The notes: generated from the letters alone by a model not told the origin. A stretch of DNA of 64,000 nucleotides from Podarcis muralis (GCF_964188315.1 NC_135659.1:47678001-47742000); one strand, 5' to 3'; positions 1-12,115 are shown, numbered from the stretch's first letter. Program-made: numbers and translations.

Positions 1-806
1 TTCCAGTGTCCCTTGAGAAGCTAGGTATTATTACAAAAAGAAAATTATATTTCATTCCTTAATTGCTGAACTGATAGCACATTATAATTTTAGCCTTTTC
101 ATCAGATGCAGGAAATTTAGCTATTCTGAAGTAAAAGGACTGTTAATGAGGTGGATGGAAAAGCATTAGATTTGCTTGCATTTCACCACACCATTTACAA
201 AAATGCCTAATGTAACTAATAACTTAAAAATGAATATAGTAAGCAGAATGCTGCCTATTATTGGAAGAAGGATATTAAAATCTTGATAATGTGAATACTT
301 GATGGCTATTGAATAATTCACAGCAAGAGTTTCATTTGCTGAAGTTTACTGAATGACCTTTTATCAGTCCCATTTGAAATCTGAGTTCTGGTACTCCAGT
401 AAAATGTAGTTTCAGTGTGATCCACCAATTAATTAAGTCAGTGTTTCTGGATTTAAGTTAATTTTGCTGAGAGAAGTACCCTGCCTAAACTGAATTACAC
501 TCCATACCACTAGCTGCGTGTGACAAGGTACTTAGTACCTTCTTCTAGCAGTTATGGGATGTATAAAATATCCTTTAAATGTTAGTCTGGCATGGTCAGC
601 ATTAATCAATGTCATTTATTGTTGGGCAGCAAACCAGAATAATTTCCCTATGTTGCCACTATGCTGTTGAAGATAAGGCTGTATCGGCCTCATTAGTTAT
701 TAGCCATTTTTGCCAGGTCTTAGACAGAAGCAGTATGCTGCCTCTATGCATCCTGTGCTCTTGACCCTGAATATATTTGTTTGAGCACTTCATATTATGC
801 TGATTT

Positions 807-830
807 GCTGCTGCTGCTGCTGCTGCTGCT
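807..830. repeat. (GCT)8 microsatellite
   Basis: Direct reading. Confidence 0.95.
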
Positions 831-943
831 ATATTTATAACCCACCCTTTATTAGCAGGTCCCAGATACATTTCCCAATGCAAACTAATTATCCCATTTC
901 CTAAACATCTATTACTTATCTGTATTGTTTGATCTGTATTGTT

Positions 944-1478
944 GGGACACAGGTGGCGCTGTGGGTTAAACCACAGAGCCTAGAACCTGCCGATCAGAAG
1001 GTCGGCGGTATGAATCCCTGCGACGGGGTGAGCTCCTGTTGCTTGGTCCCTGCCAGTGGCGTAGCGTGGGGGGTGCAGGGGGGGCCGGCCGCACCGGGCG
1101 CAACATCTGGGGTTAGGGCAAATCCACAGGTTAGGGGGCGCAAATCCATGGGTTAGGGGGCGCAAATCCACGGGTTAGGGGGCGCAAATTACTTGCCTTG
1201 CCCCGGGTGCTGACAACCCACGCTATGCCACTGGTCCCTGCTCCTGCCAACCTACAGTTCAAAAGCATGTCAAAGTGCAAGTAGATAAATAGTTACCGCT
1301 CCAGTAGGAAGGTAAACGGCGTTTCCGTGCACTGCTCTGGTTCGCCAGAAGCGGCTTAGTTATGCTGGCCACATGACCTGGAAGCTGTATGCCGGCTCCC
1401 TCGGCCAATAAAGCGAGATGAACGCCGCAACCCCAAAGTCGGTCATGACTGGATCTAATGTCGGTCATTACCTTTACC
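944..1478 (+). mobile_element. Sauria SINE (subfamily A), split by a hAT MITE
   Basis: tRNA-related head gggacacaggtggcgctgtgggttaaa, core gtgcaagtagataaatag, (ACCTTT)-type tail. TSD TATTGTTTGATC at 923-934 and 1479-1490. Confidence 0.92.
1054..1233. mobile_element. hAT-type MITE nested in a Sauria SINE
   Basis: 17-bp TIR CAGTGGC(G/A)TAGCGTGGG with 1 mismatch. Perfect 8-bp TSD GTCCCTGC at 1046-1053 and 1234-1241. Confidence 0.95.
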
Positions 1479-2794
1479 TATTGTTTGATCAAATTGTACA
1501 AAGTGCAATCCACAGGAGCTTAGACAATACTAGTAGTACCTAGAACTGGTTGATGCCCAGACACTTTGTTGTTCAAGAGGATGCAGCAGAAAGCTTCTGA
1601 TTTTGTTACCCAGTCAACATAGTTCTGTCCCGTTTCTGCATCCATGTTCAGCTCTTCTGAAAAGCACAAAACTCTTTTAAACATTTATTTCTCTTCACAA
1701 AATACACTGTTTCCTACAAATTTTCCTAAAGCATACATTTTTATACTCATTTTTATCTTCTCTATACATTTTAACCTAAAATATGCTTCAGGGGGTGATT
1801 TTTTGAGCCAATAAATATTTCACAAGATTCTGCAGAGTGTGAAACCAAAGGATAAATGCATTCTGATATACATACTCATCCTGAAAGTGAGAATCAGGTC
1901 CATTTGCTTAACAATGTGGACCTAATGAAACCTTCGCACATTCTCCCTGCGAAACATTCAGATAAATACGATTCCATAATCTTTAATGCTTGGCAACTTC
2001 TGAGCAAGATCCTTTTTTGGATTTTGGATATGTCTTTCCCAGCAGTTTACCATTAACACCTTCTGGATATATTCCGATACCTACGGCAACAATAGACAGG
2101 CCAAGGAAAGGCAACATAGTACTCTTGATTTAAAAGCTGCACCTCCTGAGGCCTGTGCTGAACTTTCCTTTATCCCAAGCTTGCTCTAAACTTGTCACTG
2201 TGTAGCTGAACGAGTGAAATCTGTTCCTGCAGGCGAGACGGCTGTAATTGTGCCATCTTCAGCTTAGATTAGTTCCAATTTGTCATTCTCACCTTGCCGA
2301 GATGAGAGACCCCAAGATGGCATGGAAGGGAATATGTTTTTTAATAGTGGCAGATCTCTGCTGAAGCACCCTTGAAATGCGGTGACAAGGCAGCGGCAAA
2401 AGATGCCTACACTTCCTCTGAAAGCTTTGTAGTCTCTGAATCGGGAGCTAGCAGGTAGCAGCTGCTGTTCTCTATTCCACACCCTTTCATTATTGCTTTC
2501 ACTTATTTGCTGTGACAGTGACACACGTTGGGCAAGGAAAGTATACATGCTAATTATAACATGCAGACCTGTCACATCTCAAACCTGAAATCTTTGCAGT
2601 GTCTGTGCTGGTAGGGAAAGGTCTTTCGGCTGCTCTCTCTATATACTAGCACGGTGTTAAGGGTCAGTGGTGATAGAGAGCTGTCTAACTTTTATAAGCA
2701 CCTGCCTATTTCACTTCAGCGCTTCCCATAGGATGTTCTGAAGCCCAAACAGAACATTACATACAAATGTCTGTAACAATAACCCGATAAGCAT

Positions 2795-2795
<1 letters not shown>

Positions 2796-2845
<50 letters not shown>
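2796..2845. repeat. (TAA)n microsatellite (left half of the split L2 tail)
   Basis: Direct reading. Confidence 0.95.
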
Positions 2846-2846
<1 letters not shown>

Positions 2847-3063
2847 AGTGGTACCTCGGGTTACTTAATTCGTTCCGGAGGTCCGTTCTTAACCTGAAAC
2901 TGTTAACCTGAAGCACCACTTTAGCTAATGGGGCCTCCTGCTACCGCCGCTCCACCGGAGCACAATTTCTGTTCTTATCCTGAAGCAAAGTTTTTAACCT
3001 GAAACACTATTTCTGGGTTAGCGGAGTCTGTAACCTGAAGCATATGTAACCCGAGGTACCACT

Positions 3064-3064
<1 letters not shown>
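2846..3064. mobile_element. Tc1/mariner-type MITE, family A
   Basis: TIR CAGTGGTACCTCGGGTTAC with TA on both sides. Inserted in a (TAA)n tract. Confidence 0.92.
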
Positions 3065-3111
<47 letters not shown>

Positions 3112-3420
3112 GCAACAACAACAACAACAACAACAATAGTAATAATAATAATTTATTATTTATACCCAGCCACTCTGGGCGGCTTCCAACAGAATATTAA
3201 AATACAATAACCTATTAAACATTAAAAGCTTCCCTAAACAGGTCGGCCTTCAGATGTCTTCTAAAGGTCTGGTAGTTGTTTTTCTCTTTGACGTCTGGTG
3301 GGAGGGCATTCCACAGGGCAGGTGCCACTACCGAGAAGGCCCTCTACCTGGTTCTCTGTAACTTGGCTTCTTGCAGTGAGGGAACCACCAGAAGGCCCTC
3401 GGCGCTGGACCTCGGTGTCC
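3065..3420 (-). mobile_element. 3' fragment of the same L2 family as 27622-30553, with expanded (TAA)n/(CAA)n tail
   Basis: Aligns by eye with 27640-27930 (for example ccactaccgagaaggccctct and gaaggccctcggcgctgga). The tail continues at 2796-2845 on the other side of a MITE. Confidence 0.88.
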
Positions 3421-6340
3421 TCACTGGAAGATGTGAGATGGATGGGATCTTCTCAGTGATCTAGTCATTCACAAATGTGTAGGTATGCATTATGAGGATG
3501 TGGAAACAAGTACATAATATTCTTATCTCAGCACATCAGTTCATTCCTTCTAGAATCCAAAATGTTTTGCTTCTCAGCTCTGCTTGATGTTCAACTCTTT
3601 TGGACAGGATTGACTCCAACAGACAGGAAGGGATCGTGGAGGAGTATCATTTCCCCCATTCATATCCCTTAGCTTTCAGTCATCATATATTCATATTTAA
3701 TGTATATATTTCTCCCCCCCCCAGATGAATTGGCTTTACTACTCCTTCACACCCCCAAACTTGTTTTTTCCCAATGGCGTCACTCTTGTTTTTCACCCCA
3801 ACTCATGTCATCCCCTCCCACCCAATGTACATTGAGGAACACCCATCGGCAGATCAATGTTCCTCAAAATGCATTCTGAACTGGCTTTAGAAAAAGAGCA
3901 ATATAATTGCCCATTAGTATTCCTAGTATCCTACTAATAATGAGGCCATGCAAAGCCCAAAGGGAGGCTTTTAATAATAGGACAGGATGACTTACACCAA
4001 TAGCATTTTGGCATGGCAATTCCTTCCCCTGCATTTATTGAATTTTGTGTTGCATAACCCTAAAATGTTTAAATCTGAATTTAATGCAATTACAGTTTAA
4101 AACTGTATATAAAGCTGCACCTGCCACAGTTTTAAAACAAAGGAAGTCTGGTGGCAACTTAAAGCCTTACAAATTTGTTATGTAGTTTGCAAACCAGTCT
4201 GCTTCATAAAATGCAAGTTCCTGAAAGTATATGCCTTCATAAATTTGTTAATTTTGTTACCAAGCTGCTAAGATTGTAAGCTGCAAGAAGCTAACATGGC
4301 TACTCCTCTCTAAATTTGGAAACAGAACAAATTGGGTTGGATCCAAGGTTGTGCAAGCTGGAAGTGCTTTTTTGTAGAACTGTCTCCCACGATGACACCA
4401 CCCACCAAATAGGTTTTTTCTGAGAGTGCAAGGAACTTTAGTGAAGCAAAAGCAACAGAAAATATTCATTACATGAGCGATCTTCTACTTGTGCAATTTT
4501 AGATCCTACCAATTAATGTTATTAACCTCAGACTAGTACATTTTTGCCAGGTAGGAAAAAAACTAGCTTTTCCCAAGGTAGCAAAACAAAACAAAAACCA
4601 TTCTAGCCATGCATAGGAGATAAGCTGGTAAATAAATCTTTCAAACCCAAGAGCACACACAAGCATGCAATGGTTACTTAGAGATTTGTTCCTCTGAAGG
4701 CCATCTCACAAAGGGAGAATAATAGTGTCCCCAGTGGATGCTGTCCAACCTGAAATCATCACTCAGTGCAAAAACCAAAAAGCCCAAACTTTCTCCTTCC
4801 CAGCTGGCATCGAACTGAAATTATACTAAGACCTGCTAGGAAGAGATAATAAGGAATCACAATCTTGTTGTTTATATGTGGAAGTAGCACGATCCTTAGG
4901 TGAGGAATCTGCAAGAAAGATGGCAAAAAGAATACCTTCTGTGGAGTTGAGAGCCTTTCCTTTCTTTCTGAGTCACTATTCCCCCTTTTATCTCCTCTTC
5001 ACATGCTCCTGGGAGAATGTGCTTTTCCCCTCCTTTGCACTCTGGTGAAGATAGTGAATGCTGATGAGAGAATGCCCTGCTAGGGGGATGCTCCAGGCAG
5101 TCATTTGCTAGACTTATTCTTAGGAAGTTCGCAATGTGCCCAATTAGTTGGGGGAAACGATGGGGAGCCAGCGTTAACAAATTCAGTTACACCCACCTAC
5201 TTTAGAGGAGGAATGCCACAAAGCGCCACTCTTTCTCTGTTTTCACCTCTGTTGAATGGAGCTGGATACATTTTTATTTTTGTTATTTGCAAAATATAGT
5301 GCCTGTGATACCTGAAAGAGGATTCAGTATTATTTCTACTTTCAAATGGAATAACATGGGAAAATGTGAGGACTGCCTACTCTATTGTCCTATTTCCCCA
5401 ATCCATCCCCAGCATTTTTTTAATCGGGTCTCATTGTTGGTTGATTTATCTGACCCTCTAGGATATTATTGTAAAAATTATGGCATTCATATCTGTATAA
5501 CCTGCCTTGGAATTTAGGATGAGATAGATTTTTTAAAATAAATAAAACAAAACACACAAAGATAGTGATTGGGTGAATGGGAACATGGTAATGGCTTGTA
5601 TATTTCATTATTCCACCCCCCACCCCCCAATTCCCCTCTATCTTTCCTCTAAAGTTAGCATTGTATCTACATGGGCCTTGCCACAAGCATTGTTAGCTCC
5701 AAAACGAGCTCCCTGTTCTTTATTGTTTCACCTACTAAATGACTGGCCCTGATGCTGAAAATTGAGGGCTGAACGCTGCCTCAAGGCAAGAGCCCCTGTC
5801 CCCTGGTCCATACCCAGTGTTACACCTACTATTACCCAAGCATTTGGGAGTGTTGTTTCAGTGTACCACCAGATGAACATAACATGTTAGCATTGCAACA
5901 GTGGTTTCCCACCGCCATCTTCCTTTGGCTTGAAGAAGAATTCACTCTCACATGGAAACTTGTTTCCACATTTACAGTATAATCCTACACATTTCTATTC
6001 AAAAGTAAGTTCATGTGAATTCAATGTGGCTTGCTTCCAGGTATGTGGGTGCAACCTAAGTAGCACATTAAAGGTTCTGTATGACACCCCAGTCCTCCTC
6101 AGGGATTCAGACTGAAAGCATAAAGGCAAACGTGTGTTTGCACGTTTGCAAGGGGCAGGCATTTTGCCAAACACACACCCAGCAGTGCTTTTTTTTTTAT
6201 GGGGTACTCAAGGGTACACAGTACCGGCACCTTTTTTTCACCCTAGAAGAAAAGCACTGGTGTGGCACTTAATATAACAAATTTATGGTTACTACCAGCA
6301 ATGACCCCAGCCATGTTCCCATACTTACTAGGCTCATCCC

Positions 6341-6466
6341 TAGAGCTGCCATACGTCCAGATTTTCTAGGATGTTACCGGAATTCCAAAGGCAGAATAGA
6401 TGTCCAGGGGGATTCCTTAAAAAAGCTCAACTACAACTTTTGGGGTGTTGAAATATGGTGACCCTA
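6341..6466. mobile_element. hAT-type MITE (TAGGG-end family)
   Basis: Imperfect TIR TAGAGCTGCCATA/TATGGTGACCCTA. Perfect 8-bp TSD CTCATCCC at 6333-6340 and 6467-6474. Confidence 0.85.
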
Positions 6467-6527
6467 CTCATCCCTGACCTCCTGACGTTTTCATGTTTAG
6501 TGTGGCAGTCTGGAGGGGACTTGTGAG

Positions 6528-6928
6528 CAGGGCTGTCTTAAGCATATCCGGCGCTGTGGTGCAAAGCTCCCTCTGGCACCCACCCACCCCATTTCCCAGA
6601 GTTGTCCACCTTTTTTTAGGGAGGACTGCGCTGCCGGCGGGGCTGGAGGAGGTGGGCAGTGGCTGGGGGGGTGGCTCCTCCAGCGGGGAAGAGGCAGAGG
6701 CTGGACACAGCGCCTCCTGGCTCAGCTGGACGCTTCATGCTGTGGTGGCCACAGCAGATGGAGGCACCGGGCGTGGCGCTGCTTCGGTGCGGCATGGCTG
6801 AGGCAGGCGAGGGCGGTGAGCTAATGCCAGGAGGCGCCACAGCCAGCCTCCGCCTCTTCCTTGGCGCCCTCCAGCACTTGGCACCCTGGCACCCCGCACC
6901 ACTAGCCTCTATGGGTAAGACGCCCCTG
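6528..6928. mobile_element. GC-rich hAT-type MITE
   Basis: TIR cagggctgtcttaagcata/tatgggtaagacgcccctg (15/19). Perfect 8-bp TSD CTTGTGAG at 6520-6527 and 6929-6936. Confidence 0.88.
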
Positions 6929-8049
6929 CTTGTGAGCATATCTGGCTGAATATTCTTAGGATCTTCCTAAAACTGAGAGCTTTGTCTTAATGTGAGCTCC
7001 CAGTCAGGGCCAGCCCACCCATGAAGCGGGCTGAAGCAGTCACTTCAGATAGCAGAATCCCATGAGGCACCACTCCACCTTCTAAACTCATTAATCCAAA
7101 TGTATTAAGAAACCCCTTCAGACTTTCCTGCTGAATGTGGGGATATGGGAGCCCCGGCGTCACTGAGGGTGGGCTGGTGCATGTGCTCCTTTGTGTTCCT
7201 AATTCAATCCCAGACACATTCATTCTCATGCGATCAACACTCACTATCATGTGGTAAGGGCAGATTTGATAGTTTTGTAATAAACACACTGCCTCTTTCT
7301 CTGTTAAGCCCAAGTCTTAGTTTTAGTTTCATTTCATGTATGTGTAATTTATAAATTACTTCAAGTTGTAACGGGGAATATCCATCTCAGGATGACAAAA
7401 CAAAGCTCTTCATGGGGCTTATTTTTCCTAATTAGGCATTTGTCATTGCAAGTGCTATATAGTATCATTATTATTTATATAGCACCTAAAAGTGTATATA
7501 AGTAAACAATCATAAACCTACGAATAAATGTATTGGTTTATTTATGTTTCTAGGCGTAAAAAAATCTATAATTACCAGGTACAGCCACAGCATAACTGCT
7601 ATTTAATGACAATTCCTTTTTGTTACCATAGAAATGGGTCTGGAATAGTTACCTATAATTTCTCATTCCGATACCTCACACATGTTGTATTGCAGAATTA
7701 CCATAGTAATTGCCTATTAGTCATCATAAAATAAGCAGTTATCCTAAAGATATCTGGATACTGTGAAATTTCTCTTCAGTTTCTTCAAAACTTACCACTG
7801 CATGCATTCATTTTCCTCTTGCAGAGTCTGAATGACAAAATCAACAGTACAATTATCTCAGTGAAAGGCAAAGCTGTGGGGGCATCTCTATGGGCAGAGC
7901 ATTGTGTTCAGATGTGGGAAGCGCAATAACGGGATTCCACTCAGTCATGAAATTTGGATTGCTCCCTGTTTCTCATACTAATCTCTTTACATCATACCCT
8001 TGTGGTTATGTCTATAAACTAATAATTGCACAATATTCTGTCTATTAAA

Positions 8050-8655
8050 ATGTATTTACTTACATATTTTAAATATTTCTTACCTGCCCTTCGGAAGAAG
8101 ATTCTAGGGCAGTGAACAAAAGTGCAAAAGCAATTCACACAGTATAGATACAATCTTTTTAAAAAACCTAAACAACAATAAATAATAAACTAAAAATACT
8201 AAAGCTAAGTAACAAAAGCATAGGCTCACAGAATTGTAGAGCTGGAAGGGACCACAAGGGTCATCTAGTCCAACCCCCGCAAATCAGGAATCGTTTGCCC
8301 AACATGAGGCGCGAACCGATGATCATGCGATTAAGAGTCTGATGCTGGAGCAACTGAGCTGTCACAGCAGTTCTAAGCAAAATTCCATCTCAAAATGCCC
8401 AGACAAACAGGAAAGGCTTAACTTCGCTCCAGAAAGATTGTAATGTTGCCACTAGACATGTCTTTTTAGGGATGACATGCCAAAGTTGGTCTGCCACCAC
8501 AGAAAAGGCCCTCTCCTGTGTGACAGTAGCAACGACCTTTGTCCTTGAGGAAGCACAGAGTACAGTATCTACTACCTGTGTACCTCTGTAAAAGATCATT
8601 AGACATAAGCAGACTGGAATGGAAAGAGAGACTCCCTCAGATACTGGGTCCCTAG
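8050..8655 (-). mobile_element. Old L2 3' fragment interrupted by a tRNA-derived SINE
   Basis: Translation ERAFSVVADQLWHVIP...FWSEVKPFLF is homologous to the L2 ORF2 C-terminus. An AT-rich 3' UTR continues left of the SINE. Confidence 0.65.
8227..8368 (-). mobile_element. tRNA-Lys-derived SINE with CR1-type tail (second copy)
   Basis: Reverse complement aligns with 48458-48606. Confidence 0.75.
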
Positions 8656-8664
8656 TGGATTATT

Positions 8665-9135
8665 TGTTTATTTGATTTCTATACTGCCCTTATTCATAAG
8701 TGATCTCAGCACCTACACAAATACATTAAAATGGTAAAAGAGAGTATAACAAATTAAAAACAAATCTGAACTCCATACCAAATCAACAGCAGAAAGGGAG
8801 TCCTCAATTACAAACGGGCAACCCTGGCTTTGTCTTCAGCTGGCACTAAAACTCATACAGTATTGGTGCCAGCCATATTTCTGGCAGGAGAGCGTTCCAC
8901 AGTTGGGGTGCCACCACAGACAATGCTCTGTCTTGAGTCACCATCCACTGTACCACAGTTCCTGATGGGACTTCCAAAAAGACCTCCCCTGCAGATCTAA
9001 GGACCCAGGCAGGTTGATATAGGGAGAGATGTTCCTTCACATATTTGTCCCCCAATTTATTCACAGCTTTACATGTCAGCAGCAACCTTGAAGTGGACTC
9101 GTAGCATATAGGCAACCAATGTAGATTTTACAGGT
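8665..9135 (-). mobile_element. Old L2 3' fragment
   Basis: ORF 8846-9115 (RLLLTCKAVNKLGDKYVKEHL...DRALSVVAPQLWNALLP) is homologous to the L2 ORF2 C-terminus. Confidence 0.75.
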
Positions 9136-9239
9136 CTCTGTCGTTCACAGCAACAACCAATGTGACCTCTGTTGCATTGGTAAGATTGGCAGGGTATGCA
9201 ACCGATGCCTTTCTTTTGGGGTGGTACAGCTGATCAGGG

Positions 9240-9525
9240 CAGTGGTGTATCATGGGGGCCACAGGGGTGGTTGCCCCAGGTGCAAAATCATTAGGGATGC
9301 AAAATTTCAACAACCAGGGCTGCCTCAATACAACTGCACACTTCTGTTGCAGGGCTCCATTGAAAACAGCTTCTCCATGCAAACCAGAAAGTGACCTCTC
9401 CAGAAAACAGAATGGCTCTCCCCACTCCCCCTTATTTCTGTGCTTAAATGCACAAGCCATCTGTTTTCCTCCCACTAACCCACTCCACTCAGCCCCGGGC
9501 ACTGGCAACCCACTCTATGTCACTG
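9240..9525. mobile_element. hAT-type MITE, older relative of the 1054-1233 element
   Basis: Termini cagtggtgtatcatggggg and ccccgggcactggcaacccactctatgtcactg. TSD GATCAGGG/GATGAGGA (6/8). Confidence 0.75.
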
Positions 9526-10989
9526 GATGAGGAACAGGTAGTTTTTCACTTACTGTGAAAAATTATCAGAAATTCACTCCCCAGGACACCCAAAGACTAA
9601 AACAAAAACAAACAAACAAAAATCCCACATGTTTTAAACAGCTTTGGCACAACCCAAATTTATATGTAAGAAGGCATTCTCTTACTTGTAATCAGTTACA
9701 TTTAAGGGACTGAGAATGAGGTAAAGAACTCCTTGACTAGTTTTATCACCCTTTGGTCAAGGCGTACTAACAGGAACTGCCTTAGAGACAAGTACCATCT
9801 TTTGCATGAAAATTGTGGTTCAAACATGTGTGTATCATACACATGTTTATGCATATATATGCATGTTTATATTTCCATTCTGGTTTCACTGTTCATTTGC
9901 TGACAGTTTTAAGTCAGTTTTTCAGTCATTTTGAGATTTTTCTTGCCGTTGCTTTAAAAAACTCCCTTGTAAAATGGTTGTCATCTCTTATCTTAAAACA
10001 AATACCAGCTTGCAAAAGGGTTTCTACTGCCTGATGCTGAAAATGCTCTTTATATTGATGTGGTAACTGCTCATTTAAACCATATTACAGCTCCTGAGTA
10101 TTTTTCAGTTGCTATTGATGTGACAAATTCTCTTGCACAGAGGATTGCACCAATCAATAGCGTGTGCGTAAGCGCTTTAGCAACAAAACCTCACACTTTG
10201 GGATGTCAATTGAATCTGAACCTTTTTAGCAACATTAAATAAAGCATCCTTTACTTTTCTTTTGGTGCAGAAATGTCTAATTTAATCCGGCATGTATAAA
10301 AGGCTGGGCAATTTTGTGGTGGCAGTCTTAATAATGTGTCATATTGTAGCTAGTTTGAGTGTGACTGCTCTGTCCTTCACCTTCTAGTAACATTGATCTG
10401 AAAATACAAAGTAACCCATTTCCTCTCATGAGAAGATGGCACAAGGAGACCTAATGTGAGAGAATTGAAACCATAGTTCTTTTTATAACTGCCATTATTC
10501 CTCCAGGAATGAGCCGTGCCCCCTTAAAGCAACAAATCTATTTATTTTCCATTTAAACAGCCTTGATCCTGATTGCTGCTTTAGTCATAGCCAATTTCTA
10601 ATCAACTGAAACTGGAGGTTTATTTTGCTTAAGCTCCATTGAAATATGGAAATACGTTTTTAGATTTCCTTCTTGGTCTTTGCTTGACCTTTTTCTGGGC
10701 TTGTTTCCACTTTCTGAATGGCTTACAGCTCCTCTTTGTATTAATTAAAGGATATGTGTTTTAATGAACCTTTGTTAGGTTTTATTTTGTTCTGATACTT
10801 GTGCATTCATCTTAGATATGGAGCTCAGCTCTCTCTGGGCTTCATAGTGGCAAAGCCTAGTCCAGAGCCAAGCCATTTTATAGGCCCTTTCTCCATCTAG
10901 CAAAGCTTGAAGCTATTTACCTATCATGCCCAGTCACTGGTTCCTTTCCCATCATTGCTTGCCTACCAAATATAACTCTCTAGATCAGT

Positions 10990-11585
10990 TGCTATACAGT
11001 AAATTCATTTCTGCCATGATAGATAGCCTCACTGCTGTTATCCATGCTCTGATGGTTAATTCCCAGGCTGGCATTTGTGGGGCTACCCTTGAAGACAGGC
11101 TGGAAGCTCCAAATAGTTCAAAATGTAACTTTCAGACTGCTAACAGGGACCAAGAGTTGGAATTTTATTACCCCAGTTTTGAAACAACTTTATTGTCTTC
11201 CCTGTTCTCTTCTGAGTTCAGTTCAGTGTGCTGACACTTGACTTTAAGGTTCCATATGGCACTTCGTTTGTGTAAGGTAAACCATAGCCTCCTGCCCACA
11301 CAACCATTCATTGAGGTTTGCCCACTCTCTCCCACCTTCGGACCTCCAGGAAGTGTCTAACCAGAGAAAAAAAGCCTGGATCCTTGCCTATGAAATGCCC
11401 ACCCCAGAGATGCTCACCTGGTGCCTTCTTTGCTTTCCTCCCAGTGCCAGATGAGGCTCTTCCTGTGTTTCCAGACTTTTAAAAAATGGTTAATTTTCAA
11501 AATATTACCTCTTGTGAGTCCTTATGAATTGGAGTTTTGCTCTGCTGTTTATTATTGTTGTTTATTGTTGTTGTTGTTGTTGTCA
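10990..11585 (+). mobile_element. Degenerate L2 3' fragment
   Basis: Broken frames give LTAVIHAL..., VGLPLKTGWKLQIVQN and ITPVLKQL, ending in (TTG)n. Confidence 0.6.
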
Positions 11586-12115
11586 ATACTTGCATTTATC
11601 ACTTTTGAAAGATGTCCACTGACCACTGGAGGGCAGGGTAAAAAGTTTTGCTAATTCAATCACCATCTTCTAAATTCCATAATTACAAGGGGGGGGGAAA
11701 TGTATTGAATGCTCCTTGGACAAGGATCTTGCCCTTTTCACTCCACTCTGTTGTTACATACAAATAGAAATCATGGCCATCAAATTGGCATGATCAGAAA
11801 TTGCAGACAAATTTGCCCAAATTAAAATGCTCTTGGATTCATCTAGGATGTGTCTTAGGGTCCCGTCCCCCCAGTGCCATGGTAACAAGCATTCTTTTCT
11901 CTCACAGTTTCTGTAGTCTTGCTCCAACTGAGGTGAGATTAGATACTGCATCAATATGAGTACGTTGGATTTCTCAATGTGACTGGAGGAACTTCCTATT
12001 CAGGGTTGCTGATAGTGTGGGCATGCATAAGCTATTTCAGATATTCCTCTGAATACTTGTAGGGCTAGAACCAGTGTATGTGAATGGACATGCTCCTCCT
12101 CTGTCTTTTAAGCAA

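Noticed and set aside
1109-1190. CRISPR-like array or interstitial telomere
   Set aside because: The units are contiguous with no unique spacers, there are no cas genes, and the TTAGGG hexamers are isolated within a MITE.
3833-3866. 9-bp hairpin TGAGGAACA/TGTTCCTCA as a pre-miRNA
   Set aside because: The stem is too short and I recognise no known miRNA seed here or elsewhere in the window.
6493-6949. Overlapping 96-107 aa ORFs on both strands
   Set aside because: All lie in a GC-rich MITE where stops are rare. No transposase motifs.
7005-7185. Third hAT MITE (ccagcccaccc/gggtgggctgg)
   Set aside because: An 11-bp inverted match is present, but the terminal bases and an 8-bp TSD are not recoverable.
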